A stretch of DNA of 50,992 nt from Candidatus Asgardarchaeum abyssi (GCA_040225955.1 JBECUL010000012.1:1-50992), one strand, 5' to 3'. Counted from the stretch's first letter, positions 1-9,776 are shown. Notes: a model not told the origin generated them from the sequence alone. Numbers and translations: made by a program.

Positions 1-164
1 TCCGTATTGGCTGCGGTGTGGCTGCACTCCTTGCCGAGTGGAATGCCCATCCGAGGGCGAATCCAATCAAATACGCAACTATGGTTGTGTATTCTATTTC
101 TATCATTTTTTCACCGACAAAAAGGAGTGCGGCGGAAAAATAATTTTTTCGCAGCCAATACGGA
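1..164 (+). ncRNA. Structured element / candidate ncRNA (long stem capped by two hairpins)
   Basis: 1-15 TCCGTATTGGCTGCG is the exact reverse complement of 150-164. 21-32 pairs with 122-133 (one G-U). A further inner stem pairs ~31-43 with ~108-120. Hairpins are GCCC-atccga-GGGC and AATACGCAAC-tatg-GTTGTGTATT (70-93). The wobble pairs read as G-U on the + strand. Confidence 0.5.
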
Positions 165-192
165 TTTTTCACCTATTAGTGCGGAAGTACTG
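1..192 (+). mobile_element. Probable right end of an ISH3-like insertion sequence (truncated by window start)
   Basis: GC-richer, non-coding, structured segment ending in GCGGAAGTACTG (181-192). This resembles the ...GAGGTACTG right terminus of archaeal ISH3-family elements as I recall it. No transposase is inside the window. Confidence 0.45.
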
Positions 193-228
193 TAAACCAT
201 CAAGTAACCTAATTATTATTTTGATGGT

Positions 229-2286
229 CTAAATAGAAATACTCTGTATTTTTGAAAGGAGAAAACGTTTTTCAACACCCTCTTTTTGATCTATTGCAAA
301 CAAATACCCGCTCTCAATGCGTTGCGGCAATATTTCATATTCCTCTAAATGACCGTTTCTTTCATAACTAATGGATATTTTCTTTCTTCTAAGTGTAGCG
401 TTTCTTAACCGACTTTTTATAGTATCATATTGGTTCTGGTATCTCAAATAATTTATAATCTCATCTTTCAGCATCTCCAAATTGCACATTTTAGTAGTTT
501 TTCTCACATAATAAGGAAGTAAAGAGAAATAGCGTTTATTTCTATAGCGTTTATCGCCGAGAATAAAAAGAGCTTTATCATCCTCAGCTCTTAATGCTCT
601 TCCTAAGGCTTGAGATGCTCTTCTTAAAGCTGGGACAATATATGATAAATAATATCCCCTTCGCATACCATAAAGTTTAGTATAATATTTAACATAAAGT
701 TTAGTTCTAGCAGTAACTCTATCGAAGGGTATACCCACTAAAAAGATACCTTCCAGTTCCTCACCTGGGAAATCAGCTCCTTCTGCAAATCTACCAGACA
801 TCGATGCTACAAGTATTCCGTATATCCCAGTTCTTGGGGATTTCTTAAATTCATCTAATATTTTTCTTCCCTCATCTCCAGGCATCCCCTCATATTCAAT
901 AAAAATATTTCTTTTATGCTTTCTTGCTATTTCTTTCAATCCGTCAAGAAGGATCTCTTGGATACGATAACTTGCATTAAATATTGCAATATTTTTCTGA
1001 TAGTTTGCAACAAAAATATCAATAGCTTGAAGATATAATTCTCTCATATCCTCTGGAATATCCTCACCTTTCGTTGTAAGGTCTGTCATTAGGAGTGTAC
1101 GAATGCGATTTATATCAAAAATATACGGAACTATTTTTGACTTGTACTCATGTTGAGCAATTCCTGTAGTTTCAGCAAAAGCGTTCATGGGCCGTAGGGT
1201 TCCAGAGCAAAAGACAATACCGTAAAAATCAGGCCATTTATCTTTAAGTATTTCAGCTGAACGCATGTCCCATCTTTCTAAGATTATATTTTCTTTTTCT
1301 TTTGATGCAATAAATGCAATTCCATCGGTACCATAAAGCTCTAAGGAGTCTTGCCAAAATTTCCCAAAGTGGTACAAGGAAGATCTGGGTGCTTTCCCCA
1401 TTTCAAGCCTTTTGCTTCTAACTTTCATGCCTAAATTTATCGCTTCGTCTATAAATTTGGTGTCAAACTTAGCCAAATCAAGAAACTTTATAGGATCAAA
1501 TTCTTTCTCTTCCTCAAAACCCTTACCAAATTTTATTACAAATTTTAAAAAATGATTAAAAGCTTTATATATATCGCTCTCTCCCTTTCTTAACTCTTTT
1601 AGTTCATTTATTGCACGCTTAATAGTAGTTAGTGTTATTTTATCTGAAAATAAACTTCCAGCAGCAAATTGAAGATTATGAGCTTCATCAACAACTAAGT
1701 AAGACTCATAGAAAGGAATTATTCTTCTGATGCTCCATCCAAGGTCACTTACTATGTAATTGTAACTAAGACTAACAACATTTGCAAAGTTCAGCATTTC
1801 TCTTTCAAGATAATAAGGGCAAATATTAAAACTCTTTGCATATTCTAAGATCTCTGAATACAATAACGGCTCTTTAGGTAGTTCTGGAAAGCGGAAGTGA
1901 AGAAAGTTCCTATAATACTTACATTCCTTGCGTTTCTTTTGACATATATATGAAACTTCAGAATAGCTGGTAATATTCATTTCGCGAGCAAGCAAGCACA
2001 TATCCTTTTTACCACGATAAGAGATACCAAAGATTGGTACGTTTATCTTTTTTACTATCTCTTTTAATTCCTCAATTGGTCTATCCGTCTCATTTCCTGT
2101 ACGAACAGCCCAGATTATATGTTTTTTATTTTTAAGAGCCTTTTCTAAAAGAGCTGCAAGAATAACTGGTGTTTTTCCAAATCCCGTTGGAGCTTCTATG
2201 AAGATCATTAACTCATCTATATTTTCTTTTATGAAATTGATTAGTTCTTTCTGGTAGGGACGATAATCGTATGGAAATAAATTCAT
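229..2286 (-). CDS. xpd: XPD/Rad3-family Fe-S DNA helicase with C-terminal WYL-like domain
   Basis: Q motif (YRPYQ), Walker A APTGFGKT, Fe-S cysteines (DMCL..ICQ..ECKYY..ICPYY), DEAH, SGTL, QALGRALR. The last ~65 aa (ISISYE..EYEILP..GYLFA..KRFLLSKI) match the WYL pattern. Confidence 0.92.
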   Translation of the reverse strand: MNLFPYDYRPYQKELINFIKENIDELMIFIEAPTGFGKTPVILAALLEKALKNKKHIIWAVRTGNETDRPIEELKEIVKKINVPIFGISYRGKKDMCLLAREMNITSYSEVSYICQKKRKECKYYRNFLHFRFPELPKEPLLYSEILEYAKSFNICPYYLEREMLNFANVVSLSYNYIVSDLGWSIRRIIPFYESYLVVDEAHNLQFAAGSLFSDKITLTTIKRAINELKELRKGESDIYKAFNHFLKFVIKFGKGFEEEKEFDPIKFLDLAKFDTKFIDEAINLGMKVRSKRLEMGKAPRSSLYHFGKFWQDSLELYGTDGIAFIASKEKENIILERWDMRSAEILKDKWPDFYGIVFCSGTLRPMNAFAETTGIAQHEYKSKIVPYIFDINRIRTLLMTDLTTKGEDIPEDMRELYLQAIDIFVANYQKNIAIFNASYRIQEILLDGLKEIARKHKRNIFIEYEGMPGDEGRKILDEFKKSPRTGIYGILVASMSGRFAEGADFPGEELEGIFLVGIPFDRVTARTKLYVKYYTKLYGMRRGYYLSYIVPALRRASQALGRALRAEDDKALFILGDKRYRNKRYFSLLPYYVRKTTKMCNLEMLKDEIINYLRYQNQYDTIKSRLRNATLRRKKISISYERNGHLEEYEILPQRIESGYLFAIDQKEGVEKRFLLSKIQSISI

Positions 2287-2500
2287 TGATACTCACCGGT
2301 CAATTTAATTTTTTGAATGACCCATATATTAATTGCACGAATTATCATCTTGTGCAGAAGAGTAAGTGTTTTGAACGGAAAATCAAATGTTTTTTAATAA
2401 ATAAATAAAAATTACAAAAAAATAGAAAATTCAAAAACACAAAACTTTTTTATAATGTGAGCGTTTAATGAAACTATAAAGCGGTCATTGAGGGACAAAA

Positions 2501-2818
2501 ATGTCAAAAGATAAGATTTATGGTGCTGGGCTACTTATAATTGCAATAGTAGTCCTCTTATACTATACATATTGGGTTATAGTAATGCCTATTTTTGGTG
2601 ATGTACTTAACTTAAGTTGGCTTTTTCTAGGAGAAGAGTGGGCATGGCGATTACCACTATGGCTAGCAATTACCGTAGTTTTGCTTATAGCGGCATGGAT
2701 TGGCTGGACTATGTTAACTACACCACCTCCAGAGCCATTAGAAGAATTAGAGGTTGAAGAGATAACAGAAGAAGAGGAAAAGAAAGAGGAAGAGAAGAAA
2801 GAAGAAACAACTCAATGA
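2501..2818 (+). CDS. Two-TM membrane protein resembling DPM2 (dolichol-phosphate-mannose synthase regulatory subunit), with acidic tail
   Basis: D..G.GL.....YYTYWVIVMP......FL...A..LP pattern follows eukaryotic DPM2 (YYT.WVI..P...FLP..YA..IP). Ends in TPPPEP and a Glu-rich tail. SD GAGGG upstream. Confidence 0.6.
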   Translation: MSKDKIYGAGLLIIAIVVLLYYTYWVIVMPIFGDVLNLSWLFLGEEWAWRLPLWLAITVVLLIAAWIGWTMLTTPPPEPLEELEVEEITEEEEKKEEEKKEETTQ

Positions 2819-2887
2819 TTTTGTTTGAAATATCATTATCTACAAATTTTCTTTCTTTTTGTATTTTATTGTATAGAGGTGTAAATT

Positions 2888-3859
2888 TTGATAACATTTA
2901 AAAATAAGACAATAGTGGTTACTGGTGGCTGTGGTTTTATAGGTAGCCACTTAGTTGATAAACTTATTAACTTAGGGGCTACAGTAATAGTGATTGACAA
3001 TTTGATTTCATCGACGACTGAGTACATAGAAAGATATATAGGAAAAGAAAATTTCTGGTTCTATGAGGAGGACATAAGAGATTTCGAAGCTATGTGCGAT
3101 ATCTTTAGTAGGCATGATATCGATATTGTTTTTCACTTTGCAGCGGACCCTGATGTGAAAAACAGTGTTGAAAAGCCATTTCTCTCATTCTATATAAATG
3201 TTGAAGGCACGTTAAACATTCTCGAAGCTATGCGAAAAAATGATATTGATACCATCATTTTTGCATCCTCTGGGGGGACTCTCTATGGGGATGTTGAAGA
3301 ATTTCCAGTGACTGAAGATACACCACCAAAACCAATTTCGCCCTATGGAGCTTCAAAAGTGTCTGGAGAAGCTTATCTATCAGCTTACGTAGGTGCATAT
3401 GGTTTTTCTGCAATTTCACTAAGGTTAGCAAATATTTTTGGACCGCGTTCTACACATGGAGTAATGTTTGATTTTTTCCATAAGTTAAAAAAGAACAAAA
3501 ATGAGTTACTAATCTTAGGAAATGGACTCCAACGAAAATCATACCTATATATATCTGATTGTATCGATGCTATTATGGCTATTACTAATCATATTAACAA
3601 AGGATTTGATGCCTATAACATTGGTTCAGAGGAGTGGTACACAGTAAACGAAATAGCAAATCTTATAGTAAAAGCTTTAGGTTTATCTAATGTAAAATTT
3701 AAGTACACAGGAGGAGAGAGAGGCTGGGCTGGAGACGTCAAGAGAATGCTTCTTTCCATTGATAAACTAAAGTCAATTAATTGGAAACCTAAAGTAAGCT
3801 TTGAAGAAGGTGTCAAGAAATACGTGTCATGGCTAAAAGAAAAATATGGGTGGCCCTGA
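2888..3859 (+). CDS. NAD-dependent nucleotide-sugar epimerase/dehydratase (GalE-like extended SDR)
   Basis: TGGCGFIG Rossmann motif, HFAA, YGASK catalytic motif, NIFGPR. Confidence 0.92.
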   Translation: MITFKNKTIVVTGGCGFIGSHLVDKLINLGATVIVIDNLISSTTEYIERYIGKENFWFYEEDIRDFEAMCDIFSRHDIDIVFHFAADPDVKNSVEKPFLSFYINVEGTLNILEAMRKNDIDTIIFASSGGTLYGDVEEFPVTEDTPPKPISPYGASKVSGEAYLSAYVGAYGFSAISLRLANIFGPRSTHGVMFDFFHKLKKNKNELLILGNGLQRKSYLYISDCIDAIMAITNHINKGFDAYNIGSEEWYTVNEIANLIVKALGLSNVKFKYTGGERGWAGDVKRMLLSIDKLKSINWKPKVSFEEGVKKYVSWLKEKYGWP

Positions 3860-4231
3860 TTAAATAATTCCTATTTCTTTCAGCGTCTTTTTCAAGATTC
3901 TGCATTTTTTCTGAAATTCTTTTTTACTTACTGTATACCATAGATGGCACTCTTTATCAATAATACATTTTCTTTTAGAGATGTCGTAAATAACTGGGTA
4001 GACCCTGCAACCAATTGGTCTATAGGGATATATGGTACATCTCTTTTTTGATGGATCCCAGAAAACACAATGTCCGTTTATATTCTTTAATTTTAATATT
4101 TTCCCATCAACTCTAACAAAGAAGTCCTTTGAGAATCCAAGTTTCTGTATTCTTCTTATATCATTTTCTGTGAGCAACATTTCCGTTTCTTGGCAACAGT
4201 AGCCACAATGATCGCAGAGCATAAAAATCAC
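3860..4231 (-). CDS. YkgJ-family (CxxCxxCC) cysteine-cluster protein
   Basis: CDHCGYCC...CVF...CTIYPYRPIGCRVYP. Confidence 0.88.
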   Translation of the reverse strand: MIFMLCDHCGYCCQETEMLLTENDIRRIQKLGFSKDFFVRVDGKILKLKNINGHCVFWDPSKKRCTIYPYRPIGCRVYPVIYDISKRKCIIDKECHLWYTVSKKEFQKKCRILKKTLKEIGII

Positions 4232-4335
4232 TTATATTGCTTTTATCATATCTCTATTGTATTAAAAATAATTAAGGTGTATGTATATTTTGTTATAAGA
4301 TATATGCTCTTTGAAAACATCATGGTGACGTGTAT

Positions 4336-4870
4336 GTGCGGTTTGGAATCGTAGCGTTTCCTAGGATGAAAGTTAGTGAGATTATAGAATGGGTAAAATA
4401 GCTGAAAATGTGGTTTTGACTACATCTGGATGGTAGATGAATCATCATCACCAGGCTATAAAGATGTTTTTGTCTTACTAACGGCCTTGCAATGAATACA
4501 GAAAAAGCAATTATAGGTATATCAATCATAAATCCATATACCAGACATCCAGCTATAGTAGCCAATGCTTTTGTATCGCTCTGAGAATATGCAAAAGGAT
4601 AGGCTAATTGTTGGTATAGTGCTGGTGGAATATTAACATTAGGACCTTTAGGAATCAAGATGTGGGGAAAAACCAATAAAAAGCTGTACGTGATACTGTT
4701 GTTGTAATGAGAAAATTATTTGCAGGCGAAACTGTAAATTTTGAAAATGAATTCTTCAAGGTTGTAAATCTGAAATTAGAACCTACGCCCCTTAACATAT
4801 CAATCTGCATTGCAGCTCATGGTCCACAGATGCTTAAGCTTGTAGAAGATGTGGTGATGGTGCTTATCAA
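4336..4870 (+). pseudogene. Degraded LLM-class (Mer-like, probably F420-dependent) oxidoreductase
   Basis: Fragments in shifting frames with in-frame stops: RFGIVAFP.., CGFDYIWMVDE, LAMNTEKAIIG..NPYTRHPAIVA, RKLFAGETVNF, IAAHGPQMLKL. Homology ends at the hypF 3' end. Confidence 0.8.
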
Positions 4871-7224
4871 TTATCATCTTTATATATCATTTTCCCATAA
4901 ATCGCTTGCCCGAATGATATTCCTCCATCGCCCGGTGGTACCTTTTGGTGAGTTATAAAAGTTAGATTATTTTTTGTAACAATTTTTCTTATTGCTCTTG
5001 TAATTATTGAATTGTAAGCAACCCCTCCAGTAAATAATACCCTTCTTATATCATTTTCCCTAGCTATCTGTATTGCAATTTCGCCTATTTTTTCTCCAAT
5101 AACATGTTGTAGTGTGGCTGCAATATCATGTATATTCTCACCGTTATTTTTTAATTCTAAAACTTCATAAAGGAGCTGTGGAGTATCCAATATTATACCA
5201 TCGTTGGAATTAACTATGATTTCTAAGTTGTTAAGAATATCATTCTTGATTTTACCTGTGCAACCTGCAGCTTCGAGTTTTATTGCTGGCTCCCCTTCAT
5301 AAGTTCTCAGATCACATATTCCTAAAGTAGTTGATACAGCATCCAAAAATCTGCCTAAGCTTGAAGTCATTGGGGTGTTAATTCTATTCCTTATCTGCTT
5401 GATTACTATATCTATCTCTTTTTCACCATACTTAAAAGAACTTTTATAGAGGCTTAGAATTTCTCTAAGTTCGTCATAACTAAGAATCTCACTAAGTAAA
5501 CCTGCAACCATTCTAATTGGGTATTTTGTGGCCAAGTCGCCTCCTGGCATTGGGACATACTTAAGATGCCCTACTCTTTTATATTGTGTGTAACTGGCAA
5601 TAAATATCTCGCCTCCCCAAGCATTGCCATCATCACCTAAGCCAAATCCATCTGCCGAAATAGCTACTACCTCCTCCTCTGGAGATATTCCATATTCACC
5701 TAATAGTGACACAACATGAGCGTGATGGTGTTGAATCGTATAGTGCGGAATGCTTAGCTCGTTACTTATTTTTTCTGCAAGTCTAGTAGTGTAAAACACT
5801 GGATGGGCATCAGAAACAACAGCATGTATTTCCCTTGCAACAATAACTTTTTTAAAATTGTCAATAGCATTTTCTAAGAAGTTGATCATTTCCAGATTTT
5901 CAACATCACCAATATGTTGCGAAATATACGCGTGTTTGCCCTTTAATATCGTAAATGTAACATTTAACTCCGGACCTAATGCTAAGATTGTAGTATCGTC
6001 GTTCCTAAAGAATGGAATTTCTATAGGTTCTGGAACATAACCTCTTGATTTTCGTAAAAATACAGTCTTTCCATCTATGATCTTCACAACAGAATCATCA
6101 TTCCTATTAACGATTCTTCTATTATGAAGAAGGAAGTAATCAGCTATATTTTTCAACTGTTTAAAAGCCTCTTCGTTTGTAATAGCCATGGGCTCGCCTG
6201 GATAGTTCCCGCTTGTCATAACAAGTGCTGGATCTTTTGTGTAATGCATTAAAATTTCATGAATCCCTGAATATGGTAGCATAACTCCAATTGTATCTAG
6301 ACCTGGTGCTAAATGCTCTGATAAGGGAAACGGTATTTTCTTTTTTAAAATTACAATAGGTCTTCTATAAGATAGGAGAAGCTCTTCTTCAACCTTATCT
6401 AAGACCGCAAAGCTTCTAATGGTTTCTATATTTTTTGCCATTATAGCAAATGGTCTTTGAGGTCTTCTTCTACGTTTTCTTAAAAGGATTATTGGGTCAT
6501 CATCCGTTGTCTTTGTAGCAAGATGGGTTCCGCCTATTCCTTTTATTGCAACTATATATCCCTCTTCTATTAGCTTGGCAGCCTCTCTTATAGGGTCCTT
6601 GACATCAATAATCTCACCATTTTTTTCATAGAGGATCATTCGTGGTCCGCATTTCGGACAACATATTGGTTCAGCGTGATAACGTCTATCTAGAGGATTC
6701 GTGTATTCACTATAACATTCTTCGCACATGGGGAAGTCTCTCATACTAGTTCTCTCTCTATCATATGGCAACTCTTCTATCACGGTGAATCTGGGACCAC
6801 AATGGCTGCAAACAATAAATGGATACATATACCTTCTATCATTGGGATCAAAGAGCTCATGTTTACATTTGTCACATAGAGCTATATCTGGAGGAATGTA
6901 TGATACTCCCTTGGACTTGAGAGATTTATCACTTGGTTTAACTTCAAATTTATCAAACTCTCCTGTATATTCTTCCCAATTTATTACAAGTTCGCTATAA
7001 TAAGCTAATGGGGGTTTATCGTTTTTTAGAGAATCTATAAATTTAAGGATCCTACTTTTTTGTCCTTCAACAATAATTTTTACTCCTGCATCCCCAAGAT
7101 TAAGAACGTATCCAACTAGACCATATTTAACAGCAATTCTATAAACAAATGGTCTAAATCCGATTCCTTGAACAACACCGCTGCAAAGGATAACAGCTCT
7201 CTTTAAGCTCTCATTATTTTTCAA
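4867..7224 (-). CDS. hypF: Carbamoyltransferase HypF
   Basis: Acylphosphatase GVVQGIGFRPF, zinc fingers (CDKC, CSHCGPRF, CEEC, CPKCGP), KGIGG, QHHHAH, PPGDGGISFGQ. Confidence 0.97.
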   Translation of the reverse strand: MKNNESLKRAVILCSGVVQGIGFRPFVYRIAVKYGLVGYVLNLGDAGVKIIVEGQKSRILKFIDSLKNDKPPLAYYSELVINWEEYTGEFDKFEVKPSDKSLKSKGVSYIPPDIALCDKCKHELFDPNDRRYMYPFIVCSHCGPRFTVIEELPYDRERTSMRDFPMCEECYSEYTNPLDRRYHAEPICCPKCGPRMILYEKNGEIIDVKDPIREAAKLIEEGYIVAIKGIGGTHLATKTTDDDPIILLRKRRRRPQRPFAIMAKNIETIRSFAVLDKVEEELLLSYRRPIVILKKKIPFPLSEHLAPGLDTIGVMLPYSGIHEILMHYTKDPALVMTSGNYPGEPMAITNEEAFKQLKNIADYFLLHNRRIVNRNDDSVVKIIDGKTVFLRKSRGYVPEPIEIPFFRNDDTTILALGPELNVTFTILKGKHAYISQHIGDVENLEMINFLENAIDNFKKVIVAREIHAVVSDAHPVFYTTRLAEKISNELSIPHYTIQHHHAHVVSLLGEYGISPEEEVVAISADGFGLGDDGNAWGGEIFIASYTQYKRVGHLKYVPMPGGDLATKYPIRMVAGLLSEILSYDELREILSLYKSSFKYGEKEIDIVIKQIRNRINTPMTSSLGRFLDAVSTTLGICDLRTYEGEPAIKLEAAGCTGKIKNDILNNLEIIVNSNDGIILDTPQLLYEVLELKNNGENIHDIAATLQHVIGEKIGEIAIQIARENDIRRVLFTGGVAYNSIITRAIRKIVTKNNLTFITHQKVPPGDGGISFGQAIYGKMIYKDDN

Positions 7225-7227
7225 AAA

Positions 7228-7455
7228 TCAACCCTCGCTAAAATAAGCACTAATTTCCCTTAACAATTTTAAAGTTTCTTCAGCTTCCTCAGGTCTCAAC
7301 TTTTCAATTGCATATCCTGCATGAACAATAACGTAATCACCAACCTTTACATCATCTAATAGTGCTATAATAGCTTCTCTCTCTACACCACCAAAGTCAA
7401 CTATTGCTATTTTTCCTTTTATTTTAACAATCTTTCCGGGTATACCTAAACACAA
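7228..7455 (-). CDS. hypC: Hydrogenase maturation chaperone HypC
   Basis: MCLGIPG N-terminus, VGDYVIVHAGYA. Confidence 0.97.
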   Translation of the reverse strand: MCLGIPGKIVKIKGKIAIVDFGGVEREAIIALLDDVKVGDYVIVHAGYAIEKLRPEEAEETLKLLREISAYFSEG

Positions 7456-7467
7456 ATCTTTTCCCTC

Positions 7468-8568
7468 CTATGGTTTTATTGTTACACCTCTATATTTATA
7501 CCATATTCTACATGTGCCCTCTTGAGAAACCATGCATGGCCCGTATGGTCTCTGCGGGGTACATGCTTTCCCAAACATAGGGCACTCGGGTGGTTTTATT
7601 TGTCCAAGTATTACCTTATTACAAGAACATCCTGGAGCTATGTCAAGCGAGGGTTTTTCCAACTTTATTTCAAAATTCTTCCTAGCATTATGATCGTCAA
7701 ATTCTTTTCTTAGCTCCAGTCCAGATTTCGGTATAACTCCTAATCCTCGCCAAGCCGCATCTATAGTCTCGAAAGCCTCATATAAAATTTTCTGAGCTTT
7801 TTTATTTCCCTCATATGTTACCGCTCTGCTATATTCATTTTCAACTTTGGGCTCATTTTCTTTCAATTGTTTCAAAATCATCACAATAGCAAATAGAATA
7901 TCTATAGGTTCAAATCCTGCAATTACGACAGGCAGTTTATATTTCTTCGGAAATATTTCATATGGTTTTACCCCGATTATTGTTGAAACGTGACCTGGGG
8001 CTATAATTCCGTCTATCATTATTTTTCCTGAGGATAGAAGAGCATCCATAGCTGGAGGAATTAATCTATGAGATGAATATACATAAAAATTCTCAGGAAG
8101 CCCATCAACTATTTCAGAAGCCACACCAGGAGCCGTTGTTTCAAAACCAACAGAGAAAAAGATTATTTTTTTCGTAGGATATTTTTCCGCAAGCTTTATG
8201 GAATCATGAGCGCTATATACTATAACTACATTAGCACCACTAGCTCTAGCTTCCCACAAGGATGTTTCAGTAGCTGGAGTTTTTACCATATCACCATATG
8301 TTGCAACTATGATATCTTTCTGCTTTGAAAGGTATATTACCTCATCGATATCCTTTGCGGGACATATGCAGACTGGACAACCAGGACCCGCTATCAAATC
8401 TATTGTTTCGGGAAGCAAATTTCTTAAGGCATATCTTGCAATTGTATTTTCGTGAGTTCCACAAACATGCATGATTTTTATAATTTTGTCTTTTGGTGCA
8501 AATTTTCTTATCTCTTCTACAATTCTCGCAGCAATTTCTCTGTCCCTGAATTTTTTCAAAATTTCCAA
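7468..8568 (-). CDS. hypD: Hydrogenase maturation protein HypD
   Basis: MHVCGTHE, GPGCPVC, GFETTAP, PGHVS, C-terminal CPMFGKACTP..GPCMVSQEGTC. Confidence 0.97.
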   Translation of the reverse strand: MEILKKFRDREIAARIVEEIRKFAPKDKIIKIMHVCGTHENTIARYALRNLLPETIDLIAGPGCPVCICPAKDIDEVIYLSKQKDIIVATYGDMVKTPATETSLWEARASGANVVIVYSAHDSIKLAEKYPTKKIIFFSVGFETTAPGVASEIVDGLPENFYVYSSHRLIPPAMDALLSSGKIMIDGIIAPGHVSTIIGVKPYEIFPKKYKLPVVIAGFEPIDILFAIVMILKQLKENEPKVENEYSRAVTYEGNKKAQKILYEAFETIDAAWRGLGVIPKSGLELRKEFDDHNARKNFEIKLEKPSLDIAPGCSCNKVILGQIKPPECPMFGKACTPQRPYGPCMVSQEGTCRIWYKYRGVTIKP

Positions 8569-8583
8569 GATTTATACACCACC

Positions 8584-9612
8584 TTAGCATATTCGAGGTA
8601 AGGGTTCTCCTAATGGTTTTTCTAAAAATCTAGTGCTTCCTATTTCCGTTCTGAGAAACACTTTTCCGGGATGCTCTTTCCTTACTTCTCCAATAATTGC
8701 AGCGTCTTTTCCATGTTTTGTTCTTCTAATGGCGTTTAACACATCCTCAGCTGTATTAGCATCTGTTACTATAATGGCTCTACCTTCGCAGATCAACTCA
8801 AGTGGATCAATTCCTAACATTTCGCAGGCTGCTACAACAGCATCCTTAATTGGTATTTTTTCCTCATCTAACCATATTCCAACGCTTGATTTTTCAGCAA
8901 TTTCATATATCGCTTGGACCATTCCACCCCTAGTTGGATCTTTCATTGCATGAATTCCTCCAATTTTCAAAGCCGCTTCTACAACATCCCATATTGGTGC
9001 AACATCTGACACTATTTTTGTTTCGAATTCCAAACCTTCTCTTGCGGATAAAAGTGCAATTCCATGTTCTCCAATAGTCCCTGTCACTATAACTTTATCT
9101 CCTGGTTTAGCTCCACTATCTAGTATTGGATTTTTGGTTTGCAGAATACCTATTCCTGTGGTTGATATTACTATTTTATCAAGCTTGCCTTGAGGCATAA
9201 CCTTGAAATCTCCTGCGATTATTGCCACGCCCACCTCTTCTGCAACTTTATTCATAGAATTAAGTATTTGTTGTAAATCGCTCACTTTAAAGCCCTCTTC
9301 CACTACTATTGTGTCCAAAATTGCAATTGGTTTAGCACCCATGACTGCGACATCATTTATTGTACCACTAATTGCTAAGCTACCAATATCACCACCTGGG
9401 AAAAATATAGGATCTACTGTATGGGCATCCGTAGTTACAACAATCTCATGTCCATCAATTTTCATAGATGCACCATCGTCAAAAGCGTCAAGACCAATAC
9501 CGTTTAAGACGCGTCTTAGTGTAAAGTATCTTATTATGTTTTTTTGAATAAATTCTTCCATTACAGCTCCGCCTGAACCATGAATAATTGAAATTACCTC
9601 ATCTTTTGGCAT
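8584..9612 (-). CDS. hypE: Hydrogenase maturation protein HypE
   Basis: HGSGG, FFPGGDIG, GTINDVAVMGA, DPTRGG, terminal PRIC. The likely start is the ATG at 9612 after a GGTG SD; the ORF is open to 9645. Confidence 0.97.
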   Translation of the reverse strand: MPKDEVISIIHGSGGAVMEEFIQKNIIRYFTLRRVLNGIGLDAFDDGASMKIDGHEIVVTTDAHTVDPIFFPGGDIGSLAISGTINDVAVMGAKPIAILDTIVVEEGFKVSDLQQILNSMNKVAEEVGVAIIAGDFKVMPQGKLDKIVISTTGIGILQTKNPILDSGAKPGDKVIVTGTIGEHGIALLSAREGLEFETKIVSDVAPIWDVVEAALKIGGIHAMKDPTRGGMVQAIYEIAEKSSVGIWLDEEKIPIKDAVVAACEMLGIDPLELICEGRAIIVTDANTAEDVLNAIRRTKHGKDAAIIGEVRKEHPGKVFLRTEIGSTRFLEKPLGEPLPRIC

Positions 9613-9776
9613 TCTAAGCACCATGATATTTTTGAAGAAAATCAACGATTAAATATAAAAAGATAAGGTTTTTTAATAATACCTTACATATAAATAGATG
9701 TTTAGAATATGATTATGTCTTTTAGTAGCACAAAAAATTTTTAACAAAATCCGCAAAATCTATAAATGGAGGTTAA

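Noticed and set aside
1-164. tRNA, 5S rRNA, SRP RNA or retron msr-msd interpretation of the structured element
   Set aside because: No cloverleaf or T-loop, no recognisable 5S or SRP motifs, and no reverse transcriptase in the window. A retron cannot be excluded without the upstream sequence but has no support here.
7-232. ORFs 7-195 and 38-232
   Set aside because: No recognisable protein features. They overlie the structured, IS-end-like non-coding segment.
2740-2815. GAA/GAG-rich low-complexity DNA repeat
   Set aside because: It simply encodes the Glu/Lys-rich tail of the DPM2-like protein.
4320-4958. ORFs 4320-4676 (-) and 4707-4958 (+) as real genes
   Set aside because: The first is antisense to the LLM pseudogene. 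The second is a fragment of it that runs on into the antisense of hypF.
4867-9645. hyp cluster as a novel system
   Set aside because: Standard NiFe-hydrogenase maturation genes. The absence of hydrogenase structural genes nearby is common in archaea.
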